A DNA stretch of 64,000 nucleotides from Steroidobacteraceae bacterium (GCA_036513855.1 DATBYD010000097.1:108705-172704), one strand, 5' to 3'. Shown: positions 16,764-27,227, counted from the first letter of the stretch. The notes: generated by a model not told the origin, from the letters alone. Translations and numbers: made by a program.

Positions 16764-19700
16764 ATGTCAAACTCGCAGACTCTCTGGACGCATCCTCAGG
16801 CGCCCGACGCAGCTCCCGGAGCGACCACCACGCTCGTGCGCGCCGATCCGCAATCGAACGCGGAAACCCACAGCGAGCTGCACCCGAATCTGCGCGCGCA
16901 GCTGCGCGAGCTGCAGCTGCGTACCGGCAGCGCGAGCCCCGATCTGGCGATGCTGTTGCGTCTGATCAACGATCACTATGTGACCATCGACGGGGAGCGG
17001 CGCGGAATCGTCGAATCCATGCGTCTGATGGCCGACGAGGCGCGCGCGCTCGCCGTCGAGGCCCGCGCGCAAAGTTCCGAGCACCTTCAGGTCATCCTCG
17101 ACCACATCAAGGATGTCGTGCTCGCGGTGGATGAGGACGGCCTGATACGCACCTTCAATCCCACCGGTGAGCGCGTGTTCGGCTATGCCGAGGCGGAAGT
17201 GGTCGGTCAGCGCATCGATCTGCTGCTGCCGAAGATCGCCGTCAACGAATCCATTCCCGAGGCCCTGCAGCGCCTGGCCGCGAGCGTGGACGACACCGCG
17301 CGCGACCTCGCCGGGCGGGAGCTGTGGGCGCAGCGCAAGAGCGGGGTCTCCTTCCCTGCGGAAATTGCCGTCAGCAAGGCGCCGCTGTCGCGGCGCGAGA
17401 TGTTCGTGCTGTGTCTGCGCGATGTGACCGAGCGGCGCGAGTCGGAGCAGGCCATGCGCGAGAGCGCGGCGCGCTATCGACTGCTGGTCGACCACGCTCC
17501 CGAGGCCATCGTCGTGCTCGACGTCGACAGCGGCCGTTTTGTGGACGCCAATGACAACGCGCAGAAGTTCTTCGGGCTCGAACTCTCGCGCCTGCAGGAG
17601 GTCGGTCCGGTTACCCTGAGCCCGCCGCAGCAACCCGACGGGGCCTCTTCCGAGGAGCGCGCGCACGCCTACATCCAGCGGGCGCTGGCCGGCGACGTAC
17701 CGGTATTCGAATGGGCGCATCACGATTCCGCCGGCCGCGAGATCGTCTGTGAAGTGCGTCTGGTGCGGCTGCCGAGTGGCAACCGCCGCCTGGTGCGCGG
17801 CAGCATCGCCGACATTTCCGAGCGTAAGCGCGCCGAGCGCATGAGCGCCGCCGAGCACAGAGTGTTCGAGCAGGTGACGCGCAACGCGCCGCTGCCGGAA
17901 GTGCTGGCCTCCATCACGCGCTTCATCGAGTCGGCCGGCGCTGGCATGATCTCATCGGCCAGCGTGCTCGCCGAGCACCGCAAGGCGTTTTCGCACATGG
18001 TCGCGCCGCACCTCCCGGATGCGCTGCGCACAGCGCTCGGGCGCGCCACCGTGGACGCGCGCAACGGCTCGTGCGCCGCGGCGGTGTACCTGGACCGTCA
18101 GGTGCTGGTGGCGGACGTGACCAAGGATCCCTTCTGGGCCGATCGGCGCGATGTGGCGCTGGCGGCGGGCGTGCGTGCGGCCTGGTCGACCCCGATCAAG
18201 TCTGCCTCGGGACATGTGCTCGGCTCGCTCGGGGTTTACCGTGCCGACCCCGGGCTGCCGACTGCGGCGGAGTCGCAGATCATGGCACGCGCCGCTCAGC
18301 TTGCCGGCATCGCCATTGAGCGGCGCCTCGCCGAAGAGGCCCTGCGCAGCAGCGAGGCGAAGTTTCGCGGCCTGTTCGAGAGTATCGCCGAGGGCGTGTA
18401 TCAAAGCGGGCGCGATGGCCGGCTGCTGTCGGTGAATCCGGCCTTCGTCAGCATGCTCGGCTACACCAGCGTCGCGGAGATGTACGCGTTGCCCTCCGCC
18501 GCCGCGTTGTACTGGAACCCGGCCGATCGCGCCGAGTTCACGCGCCGGGTGGAGGCGGAAGGGGAGATCCGCGATGCGGAATTCCTCATGCGCACCCGCG
18601 ATGGGGCGCAGCTGGTGATCCTGGAAAATGCGCGCGCGATGCGCGACGCCGCCGGCAACATCATCGGCTACGAGGGCACCATCGCCGACATCACCGAGCG
18701 CAAGCGTGCCGAACAGGCCATCTTCGCCGAGAAGGAGCGCGCGCAGGTCACGCTGCAGTCCATTGGCGATGCAGTGATAAGCACCGATGCGCACGGACGC
18801 ATCGAGTACATCAACCCGGTCGCCGAGAGCCTCACCGCCTGGAGCCTGGCGGAGGCGCGCGGCCAGCCGATAGGCGCAGTCCTCAAGCTCGTCAACGAGC
18901 TCACCCGCGAACCGATCGAGAACTCCCTCACCGGCGCACTCGGCCGCTGCGGCAGCGGCGCGCCTGCGGATCAGGCCGTGCTCGTCACGCGTACCGGCAG
19001 CGAGGTGGCGATCCAGGAGTCGGCGGCACCGATCTGCGATCGTGCCGGGCAGGTTATAGGTGCAGTGGTGGTGTTCCATGACGTGACGCGCGAGCGGCGC
19101 CTGAAACGCGCCTTGTCATGGCAGGCGAGTCACGATGCGCTGACCGGGCTTATCAACCGGCGCGAATTCGACAACCGCCTGCACGAGGCCCTGCTCAGCG
19201 CGCAGCGCGGCGAGGGCGCCTGTGCGCTCCTGTACATCGATCTCGATCAGTTCAAGGTCGTCAACGATACCTGCGGGCACCAGGCCGGCGATCAGCTGCT
19301 GCGCGACGTGACGGGCCTGCTGCAGACGCGGGTGCGCGCCTCGGACACGATCGCTCGTCTGGGCGGCGATGAGTTCGGGGTGCTGGTGGAGGGATGCACG
19401 CCCGAGCTGGCGGCGCGCATCGGCGAGGCAATGCGCCAGGCGATCCGGGATTTCCGCTTCGTGTGGGGCACCAGCACCCTGTCGGTCGGGGCGAGCATCG
19501 GCATCGTACAGATCCGCGCCGACACCGAGAGCGTGGCCACCGTCATGAGCGCCGCGGACATCGCCTGCTATGCCGCCAAGGACGCGGGCCGCAATCGTAT
19601 TCATGTCTACGAGGCCGGCGGAGTCTCGCACCGACATCGCGAGATGCAGTGGGTGGCGCGCGTCACGCGCGCCGCAGAGGACAATCGGCTCGAGCTGTTC

Positions 19701-20390
19701 TACCAGCCCATCGTTGCACTCGACGCGCGCGACGCACGCAGCTTTCACCAGCTCACGGTACGGCTGCGCGACGATGCCGGGGTGCTGGTGCCGCCGAGCG
19801 AGTTCATCCCGGCTGCCGAGCGCTACAACGTCAGTTCGGTGATCGACCGCTGGATCGTGGCTCAGGCGATCGAGCTGCTGCGCCAGCGGCAGCGGCGCGG
19901 CCAAGCGCTGCCGCTGCTGGCCGTCAATCTGTCGGGCACCTCGCTCAACGAGCAGTCATTCGTGGACTTCGTGCTGCAGAGTGTCGCGGAGCCCTGGATC
20001 GCCGGCGCCCTGTGCTTCGAGATCACCGAGACGGCAGCCGTGACGAGCCTCGCCAACGCGCGCTACCTGATGCGCGAGCTAAAGGGCCGCGGTTGCCGCT
20101 TCACGCTGGATGATTTCGGCACCGGGGTGTCCTCGTTCGTGTACCTCAAATCGCTGCCGGTTGATTTCCTCAAGATCGATGGTCAGTTCGTCTGCCAGAT
20201 CGCCGAGGATCCCATCGACCGCAGCATGGTGGAGGCGATCGCCAAGGTCGGCCGCGCGCTCGGGATCGCAACCGTCGCCGAGTGCGTCGAGAACGAGGCG
20301 GTACTGGCGCAACTTAAGGCGATTGGCGTGGACTTCGCGCAGGGGTTCCATCTGGCGAACCCATTGCCGATCTCGCAGCTGCCCACCTAG
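16764..20390 (+). CDS. Multidomain c-di-GMP signalling protein (PAS-PAS-GAF-PAS-PAS-GGDEF-EAL)
   Basis: Repeated PAS blocks each end in ...DITERKRAE. GAF-like segment, intact GGDEF (ARLGGDEFGVL) preceded by RASD (RxxD I-site spacing), then an EAL domain (YQPIV, AVNLS, EITE, DDFGTG, KIDG, AECVE, QGF). Confidence 0.9.
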   Translation: MSNSQTLWTHPQAPDAAPGATTTLVRADPQSNAETHSELHPNLRAQLRELQLRTGSASPDLAMLLRLINDHYVTIDGERRGIVESMRLMADEARALAVEARAQSSEHLQVILDHIKDVVLAVDEDGLIRTFNPTGERVFGYAEAEVVGQRIDLLLPKIAVNESIPEALQRLAASVDDTARDLAGRELWAQRKSGVSFPAEIAVSKAPLSRREMFVLCLRDVTERRESEQAMRESAARYRLLVDHAPEAIVVLDVDSGRFVDANDNAQKFFGLELSRLQEVGPVTLSPPQQPDGASSEERAHAYIQRALAGDVPVFEWAHHDSAGREIVCEVRLVRLPSGNRRLVRGSIADISERKRAERMSAAEHRVFEQVTRNAPLPEVLASITRFIESAGAGMISSASVLAEHRKAFSHMVAPHLPDALRTALGRATVDARNGSCAAAVYLDRQVLVADVTKDPFWADRRDVALAAGVRAAWSTPIKSASGHVLGSLGVYRADPGLPTAAESQIMARAAQLAGIAIERRLAEEALRSSEAKFRGLFESIAEGVYQSGRDGRLLSVNPAFVSMLGYTSVAEMYALPSAAALYWNPADRAEFTRRVEAEGEIRDAEFLMRTRDGAQLVILENARAMRDAAGNIIGYEGTIADITERKRAEQAIFAEKERAQVTLQSIGDAVISTDAHGRIEYINPVAESLTAWSLAEARGQPIGAVLKLVNELTREPIENSLTGALGRCGSGAPADQAVLVTRTGSEVAIQESAAPICDRAGQVIGAVVVFHDVTRERRLKRALSWQASHDALTGLINRREFDNRLHEALLSAQRGEGACALLYIDLDQFKVVNDTCGHQAGDQLLRDVTGLLQTRVRASDTIARLGGDEFGVLVEGCTPELAARIGEAMRQAIRDFRFVWGTSTLSVGASIGIVQIRADTESVATVMSAADIACYAAKDAGRNRIHVYEAGGVSHRHREMQWVARVTRAAEDNRLELFYQPIVALDARDARSFHQLTVRLRDDAGVLVPPSEFIPAAERYNVSSVIDRWIVAQAIELLRQRQRRGQALPLLAVNLSGTSLNEQSFVDFVLQSVAEPWIAGALCFEITETAAVTSLANARYLMRELKGRGCRFTLDDFGTGVSSFVYLKSLPVDFLKIDGQFVCQIAEDPIDRSMVEAIAKVGRALGIATVAECVENEAVLAQLKAIGVDFAQGFHLANPLPISQLPT

Positions 20391-20467
20391 ACGCATGCGC
20401 GCGCGGAAGGATTGCCGGCCAAATCTGGATGGTGCACGCGGGGTGGCTTGCGTAGAATGCGCGATCC

Positions 20468-21958
20468 TTGCGAAAGCGCAATCGAAAGCTCCCAGTGCGC
20501 CATCAACCTGATAGCTGTGCCCGAGTGCTGCGGATCCTCGCCTGCGCGCTGTTGGTATGCGAAGTCGTGCCGTACGCCTTTGCCGCCGCACCTGCTCCAT
20601 CACCCGAGAGCGTGGCGGTGCAGCTGCGTGATGCGGCGATGGCCGGTCACAACATGGCGTATTCCTGGACCAGCGAGCTGACCACACGGTTCGGCCCGCG
20701 GCCGGCCGGATCGGCCAGTGAGCGGCTGGCGGCGGAGTGGGCGGCCGCGCGCCTGAAGGCGCTCGGGTTCGAGAACGTGCACATAGAGAGCTTCCCGGTG
20801 ACCGCCTGGGTGCGCGGCAGCGAGGGCGGGCAGATCGTGGCTCCGAGCGTGCAGCCGCTGGTGATTGCAGCTCTCGGGGAGTCTCCCCCAACACCCGCCG
20901 CGGGCCTCGAGGGGGACGTTGTCATTTTTCCGACCTTCACGGATCTGAAGGAGGCGCCGCCCGGCTCACTCGGGGGCAAGATCGTCATGGTGGCGCAGCG
21001 CATGGTGCGCACTGAGGACGGTGCCGGCTACGGCGTGGCCGTGCAGGCGCGCGTCGAGGGGCCGTACGAGGCCGCCCAGCACGGAGCCATTGCCTTCATG
21101 CTGCGTTCGGTGGGAACCGACAGCCATCGCATCGGCCACACCGGCACTACGCGCTACAGCAACGGCCATGTGCCGTTGCCCTCGTTCGCGCTGTCGGCCC
21201 CGGATGCCGACCAGATCGAGCGTCTCGCGGCCCTCGGACAGACGGTGCGGGTCCGTCTGTTCTCGAGCGCCTCCTACGTGCAGGACGCCCACTCGCAGAA
21301 TGTCATCGGCGATGTGCGCGGCGCAGAGCGCCCCCAGGAAGTCGTGCTGCTCGGCGCGCACCTCGACAGCTGGGACCAGGGCACCGGCGCGATCGACGAC
21401 GGTACCGGGACTGCGATAATCACCGCCGCGGCAAAGCTGATCCGCGATCTGCCGCACCGGCCGCGGCGTACCGTGCGGGTGGTGCTGTTTGGCTCGGAGG
21501 AGGTGGCTCAGCCGCTGCCGCCAGGGGGCGCCTTCGGCGGTCATGCCTACGCCACGAGCCACCAGGCGGAGCTGGCCAACCACGTGCTCACCGGCGAGAG
21601 CGATCTGGGCGCCGACCGCGTTTACTCGCTGGCCCTGCCGAAGGGCGTCATCGACAGCGCCTTCGCCAAAACCGCCCTGCGGGTGCTGACGCCGATCGGC
21701 GTGCTGGCCAGCGACCGCCCGCCGGAGGAGGTTGGCACCGATGTCGGGCCGTCGGTGGAAGCGGGCGTGCCGGGGTTTCTGTTGAGCCAGGACGCCACGC
21801 GCTACTTCGATATCCACCACACGCCCGACGACACGCTCGACAAGATCGACCGTGAGCAGCTCGACCAGAATGTGGCCGCCTGGGCGGTGCTGGTATGGCT
21901 GGCCGCCGACAGCGACGTTGACTTTCGCGCTCAGGCCGCGCCTGCGGCAAAGCCGTGA
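20468..21958 (+). CDS. M28 family metallopeptidase (aminopeptidase with PA domain)
   Basis: The conserved pattern NVIGDVRGAE..VVLLGAHLDSWDQGTGAIDDGTG...VLFGSEE is typical of M28 Zn ligands. The start is uncertain; an in-frame GTG at 20525 gives a cleaner signal peptide. Confidence 0.8.
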   Translation: MRKRNRKLPVRHQPDSCARVLRILACALLVCEVVPYAFAAAPAPSPESVAVQLRDAAMAGHNMAYSWTSELTTRFGPRPAGSASERLAAEWAAARLKALGFENVHIESFPVTAWVRGSEGGQIVAPSVQPLVIAALGESPPTPAAGLEGDVVIFPTFTDLKEAPPGSLGGKIVMVAQRMVRTEDGAGYGVAVQARVEGPYEAAQHGAIAFMLRSVGTDSHRIGHTGTTRYSNGHVPLPSFALSAPDADQIERLAALGQTVRVRLFSSASYVQDAHSQNVIGDVRGAERPQEVVLLGAHLDSWDQGTGAIDDGTGTAIITAAAKLIRDLPHRPRRTVRVVLFGSEEVAQPLPPGGAFGGHAYATSHQAELANHVLTGESDLGADRVYSLALPKGVIDSAFAKTALRVLTPIGVLASDRPPEEVGTDVGPSVEAGVPGFLLSQDATRYFDIHHTPDDTLDKIDREQLDQNVAAWAVLVWLAADSDVDFRAQAAPAAKP

Positions 21959-22031
21959 AGACTTAAGCAGAGCGAGTCTGCTCAGGGGCGCCGCAGTTGC
22001 GCGCTGCCGGGCACTGCCGCAAGCTGCCCGC

Positions 22032-22784
22032 ATGAGTGAGCAGATTCTCGTTTCGCGCGCGGCGGGCGTGTGCGAGCTGCGTTTGAATCGCCCGGAGAAG
22101 CGCAACGCCATCACTTTCGCGATGTATCAGGCGCTGTGTGCCGCACTGACTGAGGCACAGGCCAATGAGGCGCTGCGCGTGGTGCTGCTGAGCGGGGAGG
22201 GGGCCGGCTTTTGCGCCGGCAACGACCTGCAGGATTTCCTGAGTGGCCCGCAGTTCGACACCCAGCATCCGGTGATGCAGCTGCTGCGCATGCTGGCAAC
22301 CTTTGGCAAACCGCTGGTGGCGGCGGTGCACGGACAGACGGTCGGAATCGGCGTGACCATGCTGCTGCATTGTGACCTGGTGGTCGCAGCTGCCGGCACG
22401 CGGCTGTCGATGCCGTTCGTCGCGCTTGGGCTGGTGCCGGAAGCCGGCAGCTCCTTGCTGCTGCCACGCCTGGTGGGCCGGCAACGCGCAGCCGAGCTGC
22501 TTCTGCTCGGCACGCCACTGGATGCGGCTGCGGCGCACAGGCTCGGGATCGTCAATCGCGTGGTCGAGGAGGACGCTGTCCTGGCAGAGGCGCGCAAGCT
22601 TGCGGCCGAGCTGGCGCGCCAGCCCGCCGCCGCCCTCGCCGCCACCCGCCGACTGCTGCGCGGGGATCCGCGCGAGGTGCTCGAGCGGATCGAGGAAGAG
22701 GCGCGCATCTTCGGCGCGCAGCTGCGCAGCGAGGAATTCCAGGCCGGCATACGCGCCTTCCTCGGCAGGGGGCGGGCGCCTTAG
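22032..22784 (+). CDS. Enoyl-CoA hydratase/isomerase family protein
   Basis: [10 protein letters not shown] ... [12 protein letters not shown] ... [19 protein letters not shown] crotonase signature. The start is at the internal Met; the track ORF start 21852 overlaps the preceding gene. Confidence 0.85.
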   Translation: MSEQILVSRAAGVCELRLNRPEKRNAITFAMYQALCAALTEAQANEALRVVLLSGEGAGFCAGNDLQDFLSGPQFDTQHPVMQLLRMLATFGKPLVAAVHGQTVGIGVTMLLHCDLVVAAAGTRLSMPFVALGLVPEAGSSLLLPRLVGRQRAAELLLLGTPLDAAAAHRLGIVNRVVEEDAVLAEARKLAAELARQPAAALAATRRLLRGDPREVLERIEEEARIFGAQLRSEEFQAGIRAFLGRGRAP

Positions 22785-22801
22785 CGCCCGCAGGCGACCC
22801 C

Positions 22802-23407
22802 ATGGCCGTCTATTCGCTCGACGGACTCATACCGGTGGTGGATCCAAGCGCTTTCGTGCACCCACAGGCCGTACTGATCGGGGACGTCATCGTAGGGGCG
22901 GGCTGTTACGTCGGACCGGGCGCGTCGCTGCGTGGGGACTTCGGTCGCATCATCATGGGCGCCGGCTCCAACGTGCAGGACTGCTGCATCCTGCACAGCT
23001 TCCCGTCCAAGGACACGCTGCTGGAAGTCGATGCACACATCGGCCACGCCGCGGTACTGCACGGCTGCACCATCCGCCGCGGCGCCCTGGTCGGCATTGG
23101 CGCCATCGTCATGGACGATGTGGTGGTGGAGGAGGAGGCGTTCGTGGGCGCTGCGAGCTTCGTGCGGGCAGGCTTCATCGTGCCGGCGCGCACGCTGGTA
23201 TTGGGGGTGCCGGCGCGCATCGTGCGGGACCTCAAGCCCGAGGAGCTGGCGTGGAAGGTCACCGGCACGCGCGAGTACCAGGAGCTCACGGTGCGCTGTC
23301 TGGCGAGCTTCAGAGCCTGTCAGCCCCTTACCGCTCCCGAGCCGAATCGCCCGACGCTCGGTGCTTCGGCCGCGGTGCCGCTGCACACAATCGAGCGCGG
23401 CGATTGA
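22802..23407 (+). CDS. Gamma-carbonic-anhydrase-like / left-handed beta-helix protein (CaiE/PaaY family)
   Basis: Hexapeptide repeats are visible, and the N-terminus [27 protein letters not shown] is typical of the family. Confidence 0.85.
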   Translation: MAVYSLDGLIPVVDPSAFVHPQAVLIGDVIVGAGCYVGPGASLRGDFGRIIMGAGSNVQDCCILHSFPSKDTLLEVDAHIGHAAVLHGCTIRRGALVGIGAIVMDDVVVEEEAFVGAASFVRAGFIVPARTLVLGVPARIVRDLKPEELAWKVTGTREYQELTVRCLASFRACQPLTAPEPNRPTLGASAAVPLHTIERGD

Positions 23408-23521
23408 TCTTGGGGGGTGGGGCGCGATCTGTTGTCCTCATCGCCCGCCGGTGCGATCGGCAAATCTGCTCAGACTTGGCCTGCCTTGAGCGCGCAGCGC
23501 TCGAGACGGCTGGCTACCGGA

Positions 23522-23863
23522 TCACTCTTGGTTCGGATCGCCCGGGTCGGGGTTGATGACTCCGAACAGCGCCGGCAGGCACGCGTAGAACACGCGGATG
23601 CCCGCCGCGCGCACCAGCTGCAGCAGCTTGTGGGCCTCCTCGTCGCTGACGATGAATTCAACTTCGACGGTCAGGGAGCCGGCGAGCTCGAAGAAGGTGT
23701 TTTCGTGCAGCACGTGGTGACGCCCGAAGCCCGCCATGGCGCGAAAGGCGGAACCGCCGCGGATGCCCAGCTCGTTCGCCTGCTCGAGCAGCCACTCCCA
23801 CACCAGGCGCCGTTCATGCCGCTGTCCCTCGTGCACGTAGAATCTCAGGAACGAGCCTTGCAT
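23522..23863 (-). CDS. DUF190 domain protein (commonly crcB-associated)
   Basis: 113 aa; MQGSFLRFYVHEGQRHERR..WEWLLEQANELGIRGGSAFRAMAGFG matches the DUF190 pattern. It lies immediately downstream of crcB. Confidence 0.8.
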   Translation of the reverse strand: MQGSFLRFYVHEGQRHERRLVWEWLLEQANELGIRGGSAFRAMAGFGRHHVLHENTFFELAGSLTVEVEFIVSDEEAHKLLQLVRAAGIRVFYACLPALFGVINPDPGDPNQE

Positions 23864-23899
23864 TGTCGTGCCTCCGTGACGGGTGCGCGCTGCCGGACT

Positions 23900-24280
23900 T
23901 CAGCCGCGCAGCCAGACCACCGTGCCGATGCCGGCGAATGTCATGATGAATGAGCCCGCAAGATGGGTGGCGGCCTCCCCGAGCGCCCACATGGCGCGTC
24001 CTTGCTGCATGAGGGTCACGACCTCGGCAGAAAAGGTCGAAAAGGTGGTGAGCCCGCCGCAGAATCCGGTGATGACGAACAGGCGCCACTCCGGCGCCAG
24101 CGCCGAATAGCTGGCGAAAAAGGCGACCGCCACCCCGACGATGTAACCGCCGATGAGATTGGCGGCGAGCGTGCCGGGCGGTATGGCGGGAAAATACGGG
24201 TTGAGTACGATTCCCAGCCACCAGCGCAGGAGCGCTCCGAGGCTGCCCCCCACTGCAACGGCGGCAATGGCTTTCCACAT
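23900..24280 (-). CDS. crcB: Fluoride ion channel CrcB (Fluc)
   Basis: 126 aa from [21 protein letters not shown] with four hydrophobic spans and [12 protein letters not shown]. The track start 24379 is an upstream extension. Confidence 0.9.
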   Translation of the reverse strand: MWKAIAAVAVGGSLGALLRWWLGIVLNPYFPAIPPGTLAANLIGGYIVGVAVAFFASYSALAPEWRLFVITGFCGGLTTFSTFSAEVVTLMQQGRAMWALGEAATHLAGSFIMTFAGIGTVVWLRG

Positions 24281-24377
24281 GACGGATCCCTTGTACCGCA
24301 GCGCGCAAGCCGCGTGCAACGAGTATCCTTGGCCGGCGCTCGCGCGCGCAGATACCGCGCGCCCTGGAAGGACAGCC

Positions 24378-26135
24378 ATGCGTAGCTCCCTGGTGTCAGC
24401 TCTTGTATGGGGCCTGCTCGGCGGCGCACTGAGCGCCTGCTCGCACCAGTCACCCCAGCAGGACGCGGATGCACGGTTTCGCGCGATTTACACCAGCGAG
24501 TGGAAGTGGCGCACCGATCAGCAGCCCGATGATGAGGACGGTACCCGGCCCATCATTGACCATCTGCCGAAGGTCGATCCGGCAAACCAAGAGAGGCGGC
24601 TCAGCTACTGGCAGGATGTGCTGCAGCGGGTGGACGCCATCTCGCGCGCCAGCCTTTCGGCGCAGGAGCGGGTGAACTACGACGTCTACCGTCCGCAGAT
24701 TGCGGTGCTGATCGACAACCAGCGCTTTCGCACTTTCGAGATGCCGGCCAACTCCGATACGACCTTCTGGACGGACATCGGCTACACCGCACGCCGTACC
24801 TTCCGTACCGCGGCCGATTATCACAACTGGATCGCGCAGATGCGCGACATCCCGCGCTATTTCCACGAGGAGATGGACGAGATGCGCGCCGGGATGAAGC
24901 GCGGGTTCACGCCGCCGCGGGTGACCATGGAGGGTCGCGACACCTCCATCACCGCGGTCACCGAGGCGACCCCCGAGGCGAGTCTCTTCTACACCCCCTT
25001 CAAGGACATGCCGGGCATCCCGGCGGCCAAGCAGGCGAGCCTGCGCGAGCAGGCGCTGCACACCATCCAGGAAGTGGTGCAGCCGGCGTACGTGGAACTG
25101 CTGAAGTTCATGCGCACCGAGTACGTCCCCGGCATGCGCACGACTCTGGCTGCCACGGATCTGCCCGATGGCCGCAACTTCTACCGCGCCAAGATCCGCG
25201 AGTTCACAACTCTCGACATGGATCCGGATGCGATTCATCAGCTGGGCGTCGCCGAGGTGCAGCGCCTGCACGAGGCGATGGTCGCGGCCATGCACGAGAC
25301 CGGCTTCAAGGGGGACTTCCCGGCGTTCCTCAAGTTTCTGCGCAGCGATCCGCGCTTCTATGTGAAGACGCCCGAGGAACTGCTGATGCACGCCGCCTGG
25401 ATCGCCAAGCGCTTTGACGGCAAGGCCGCGCAGTTCTTCGGTTACCTGCCGCGCGCCCGCTTCGCCATCAAACCGGTGCCGGACGATCTGGCGCCGTTCT
25501 ACACCGCGGGGCGCGGAGGCGCCGGGGTTTATCTGGTCAACACCTACGACCTGCCGAGCCGACCGCTCTACAACCTGACCGCGCTCACGCTGCACGAGTC
25601 CGCGCCCGGGCACGCCTTCCAGATTCCGATCGCGATGGAGCACAAGGACCAGCCCGCGTTCCGCCAGCTCACCTACATCTCCGCCTATGGCGAGGGCTGG
25701 GCGCTGTATTGCGAGCAGCTCGGGCTGGAGATGGGCATGTACGACGGCCCTTACGAGCGCTTCGGGATGCTCGGCTACCAGATCTGGCGCGCCGCGCGGC
25801 TGGTGGTCGACACCGGCCTGCATGCACAGGGTTGGACGCGCCAGCAGGCCATCGATTACTTCAGGCAGTACACCGCCTTACCCGAGCGCGAGATCGGTAC
25901 CGAGGTGGATCGTTACATCGCGTGGCCCGGACAGGCGCTGTCGTATTACCTGGGCGAGCGCACCATTCTCGAGGCCCGCGCACGCGCCGAAAAGGCCCTC
26001 GGCGAGCGCTTCAACGTGCGCGCGTTTCACGACGCCGTGCTCGAACTCGGCTCGGTGCCGCTGCCCGTGCTGCAGGCGCGCATCGAGCGCTTCGTCGCCG
26101 AGGGTGGGCGGGGTCCCTACCCGGACATGGAGTAG
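24378..26135 (+). CDS. DUF885 family lipoprotein (putative metallopeptidase-like)
   Basis: Signal plus lipobox ([11 protein letters not shown]) and the [10 protein letters not shown] motif. The length and pattern fit the DUF885 family. Confidence 0.8.
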   Translation: MRSSLVSALVWGLLGGALSACSHQSPQQDADARFRAIYTSEWKWRTDQQPDDEDGTRPIIDHLPKVDPANQERRLSYWQDVLQRVDAISRASLSAQERVNYDVYRPQIAVLIDNQRFRTFEMPANSDTTFWTDIGYTARRTFRTAADYHNWIAQMRDIPRYFHEEMDEMRAGMKRGFTPPRVTMEGRDTSITAVTEATPEASLFYTPFKDMPGIPAAKQASLREQALHTIQEVVQPAYVELLKFMRTEYVPGMRTTLAATDLPDGRNFYRAKIREFTTLDMDPDAIHQLGVAEVQRLHEAMVAAMHETGFKGDFPAFLKFLRSDPRFYVKTPEELLMHAAWIAKRFDGKAAQFFGYLPRARFAIKPVPDDLAPFYTAGRGGAGVYLVNTYDLPSRPLYNLTALTLHESAPGHAFQIPIAMEHKDQPAFRQLTYISAYGEGWALYCEQLGLEMGMYDGPYERFGMLGYQIWRAARLVVDTGLHAQGWTRQQAIDYFRQYTALPEREIGTEVDRYIAWPGQALSYYLGERTILEARARAEKALGERFNVRAFHDAVLELGSVPLPVLQARIERFVAEGGRGPYPDME

Positions 26136-26188
26136 CTGGCGGTGTTTGGGGTTAAAATGCCCGCTCTACGTCACGCAAGGGAGACTGT

Positions 26189-26512
26189 ATGAAACACTCG
26201 AAATGGCTGGTTGCAATCGGTGCTGCGCTGTCCATCGTGGCGGGTCAGGCTGCACTCGCTCAGGCGACGCAGGAAAACAGCCAGCAACAGAAAATGGCCT
26301 CCTGCAATGCGGATGCCAAGACCAAGGGCCTGACGGGTGATGACCGCAAGACCTTCATGAAGAGCTGTCTGTCTGCCGCGCCGGCTGCGGCCGCAAAGGG
26401 CAACAGTCAGCAGGAAAAGATGAAGAGCTGTAATGCTGACGCAAAGACCAAAGGTCTCACCGGCGATGACCGCAAGGCGTTCATGAAGAGCTGCCTCAGC
26501 GGTTCCGGCTGA
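26189..26512 (+). CDS. psiF: PsiF repeat protein (two PsiF units)
   Basis: Signal peptide followed by two near-identical units: QQ.KM.SCNADAKTKGLTGDDRK.FMKSCLS. Confidence 0.8.
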   Translation: MKHSKWLVAIGAALSIVAGQAALAQATQENSQQQKMASCNADAKTKGLTGDDRKTFMKSCLSAAPAAAAKGNSQQEKMKSCNADAKTKGLTGDDRKAFMKSCLSGSG

Positions 26513-26540
26513 GGCTACCAGTTCGCTTGCGCGCGGCTGA

Positions 26541-27023
26541 GTGAGTGAGGCAGCGCAATTTTCCGCCGAGGGCGGCTGCACCTGCCGCCAGGTGCGCTAC
26601 CGGCTGACGCGGGCGCCGCTGATCGTGCATTGCTGTCATTGCCGCTGGTGCCAGCGCGAGAGCGGCAGCGCCTTTGCGATTAATGCCCTGATCGAATCGA
26701 GCTGCCTGGAGCTCACCGGTGGCCGCCCGCAATCCGTGCCGACACCGAGCAACAGTGGCAAGGGACAGACGGTCGCACGCTGTCCGGCGTGCCAGGTTGC
26801 AGTATGGAGTCATTACGGTGGGCTCGGCGATATCATGAGTTTCGTTCGCGTCGGCACGCTCGATGAAGCGGACCGTCTGGCGCCCGACGTGCTCATCTAC
26901 ACCGACTCCAAGCAACCGTGGGTGCTGATCCCTGCCGGGGTGCGCAGCTTCAGCCAGTACTACAGGAGTCGTGAGGTGTGGAGCGCGCAGAGTCTGGCGC
27001 GCCGCGAAGCCCTATTGGGGTAG
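26541..27023 (+). CDS. GFA family protein (glutathione-dependent formaldehyde-activating / CENP-V-like Zn protein)
   Basis: Cys pattern CTCRQVRY...HCCHCRWCQRESGSAF...CPACQ. Confidence 0.8.
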   Translation: MSEAAQFSAEGGCTCRQVRYRLTRAPLIVHCCHCRWCQRESGSAFAINALIESSCLELTGGRPQSVPTPSNSGKGQTVARCPACQVAVWSHYGGLGDIMSFVRVGTLDEADRLAPDVLIYTDSKQPWVLIPAGVRSFSQYYRSREVWSAQSLARREALLG

Positions 27024-27077
27024 GCGGTCGCGGGCAGCGGCTGCCGCGCCGATCATTGCCACGCGCGTTGGCTACGC

Positions 27078-27227
27078 CTATTTGCGCTTGAAGTACTGCA
27101 CTGCGCGCTCGTGCTTTTCAGCTGCCGCGCGGGTACTGAAAGTGCCCAAATTGCGCCGCCGTTTGGTGCGCGGATCAACCTTACGCGAGTAGAGGCGGTA
27201 CTGACCTGAGTTGAGCTTGCGAATCAT
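27078..27227 (-). CDS. Small basic hypothetical protein (49 aa), absent from the ORF track
   Basis: My own translation of the minus strand gives MIRKLNSGQYRLYSRKVDPRTKRRRNLGTFSTRAAAEKHERAVQYFKRK with an ATG start and a TAG stop. It lies in an otherwise empty 380-nt gap and resembles small conserved basic proteins I recall from other proteobacteria. Not verified. Confidence 0.45.
   Translation of the reverse strand: MIRKLNSGQYRLYSRKVDPRTKRRRNLGTFSTRAAAEKHERAVQYFKRK

Noticed and set aside
24281-24377. I looked for a fluoride (crcB-motif) riboswitch in the 97-nt leader upstream of crcB.
   Set aside because: The minus-strand leader lacks the conserved GGnGAUG ... CUGAUGAUGCCUAC-type core that I remember. 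The only notable element is a 7-bp GC palindrome (GCGCGCG-N7-CGCGCGC, 24342-24362), which is unremarkable in GC-rich DNA. An Infernal scan would be decisive.
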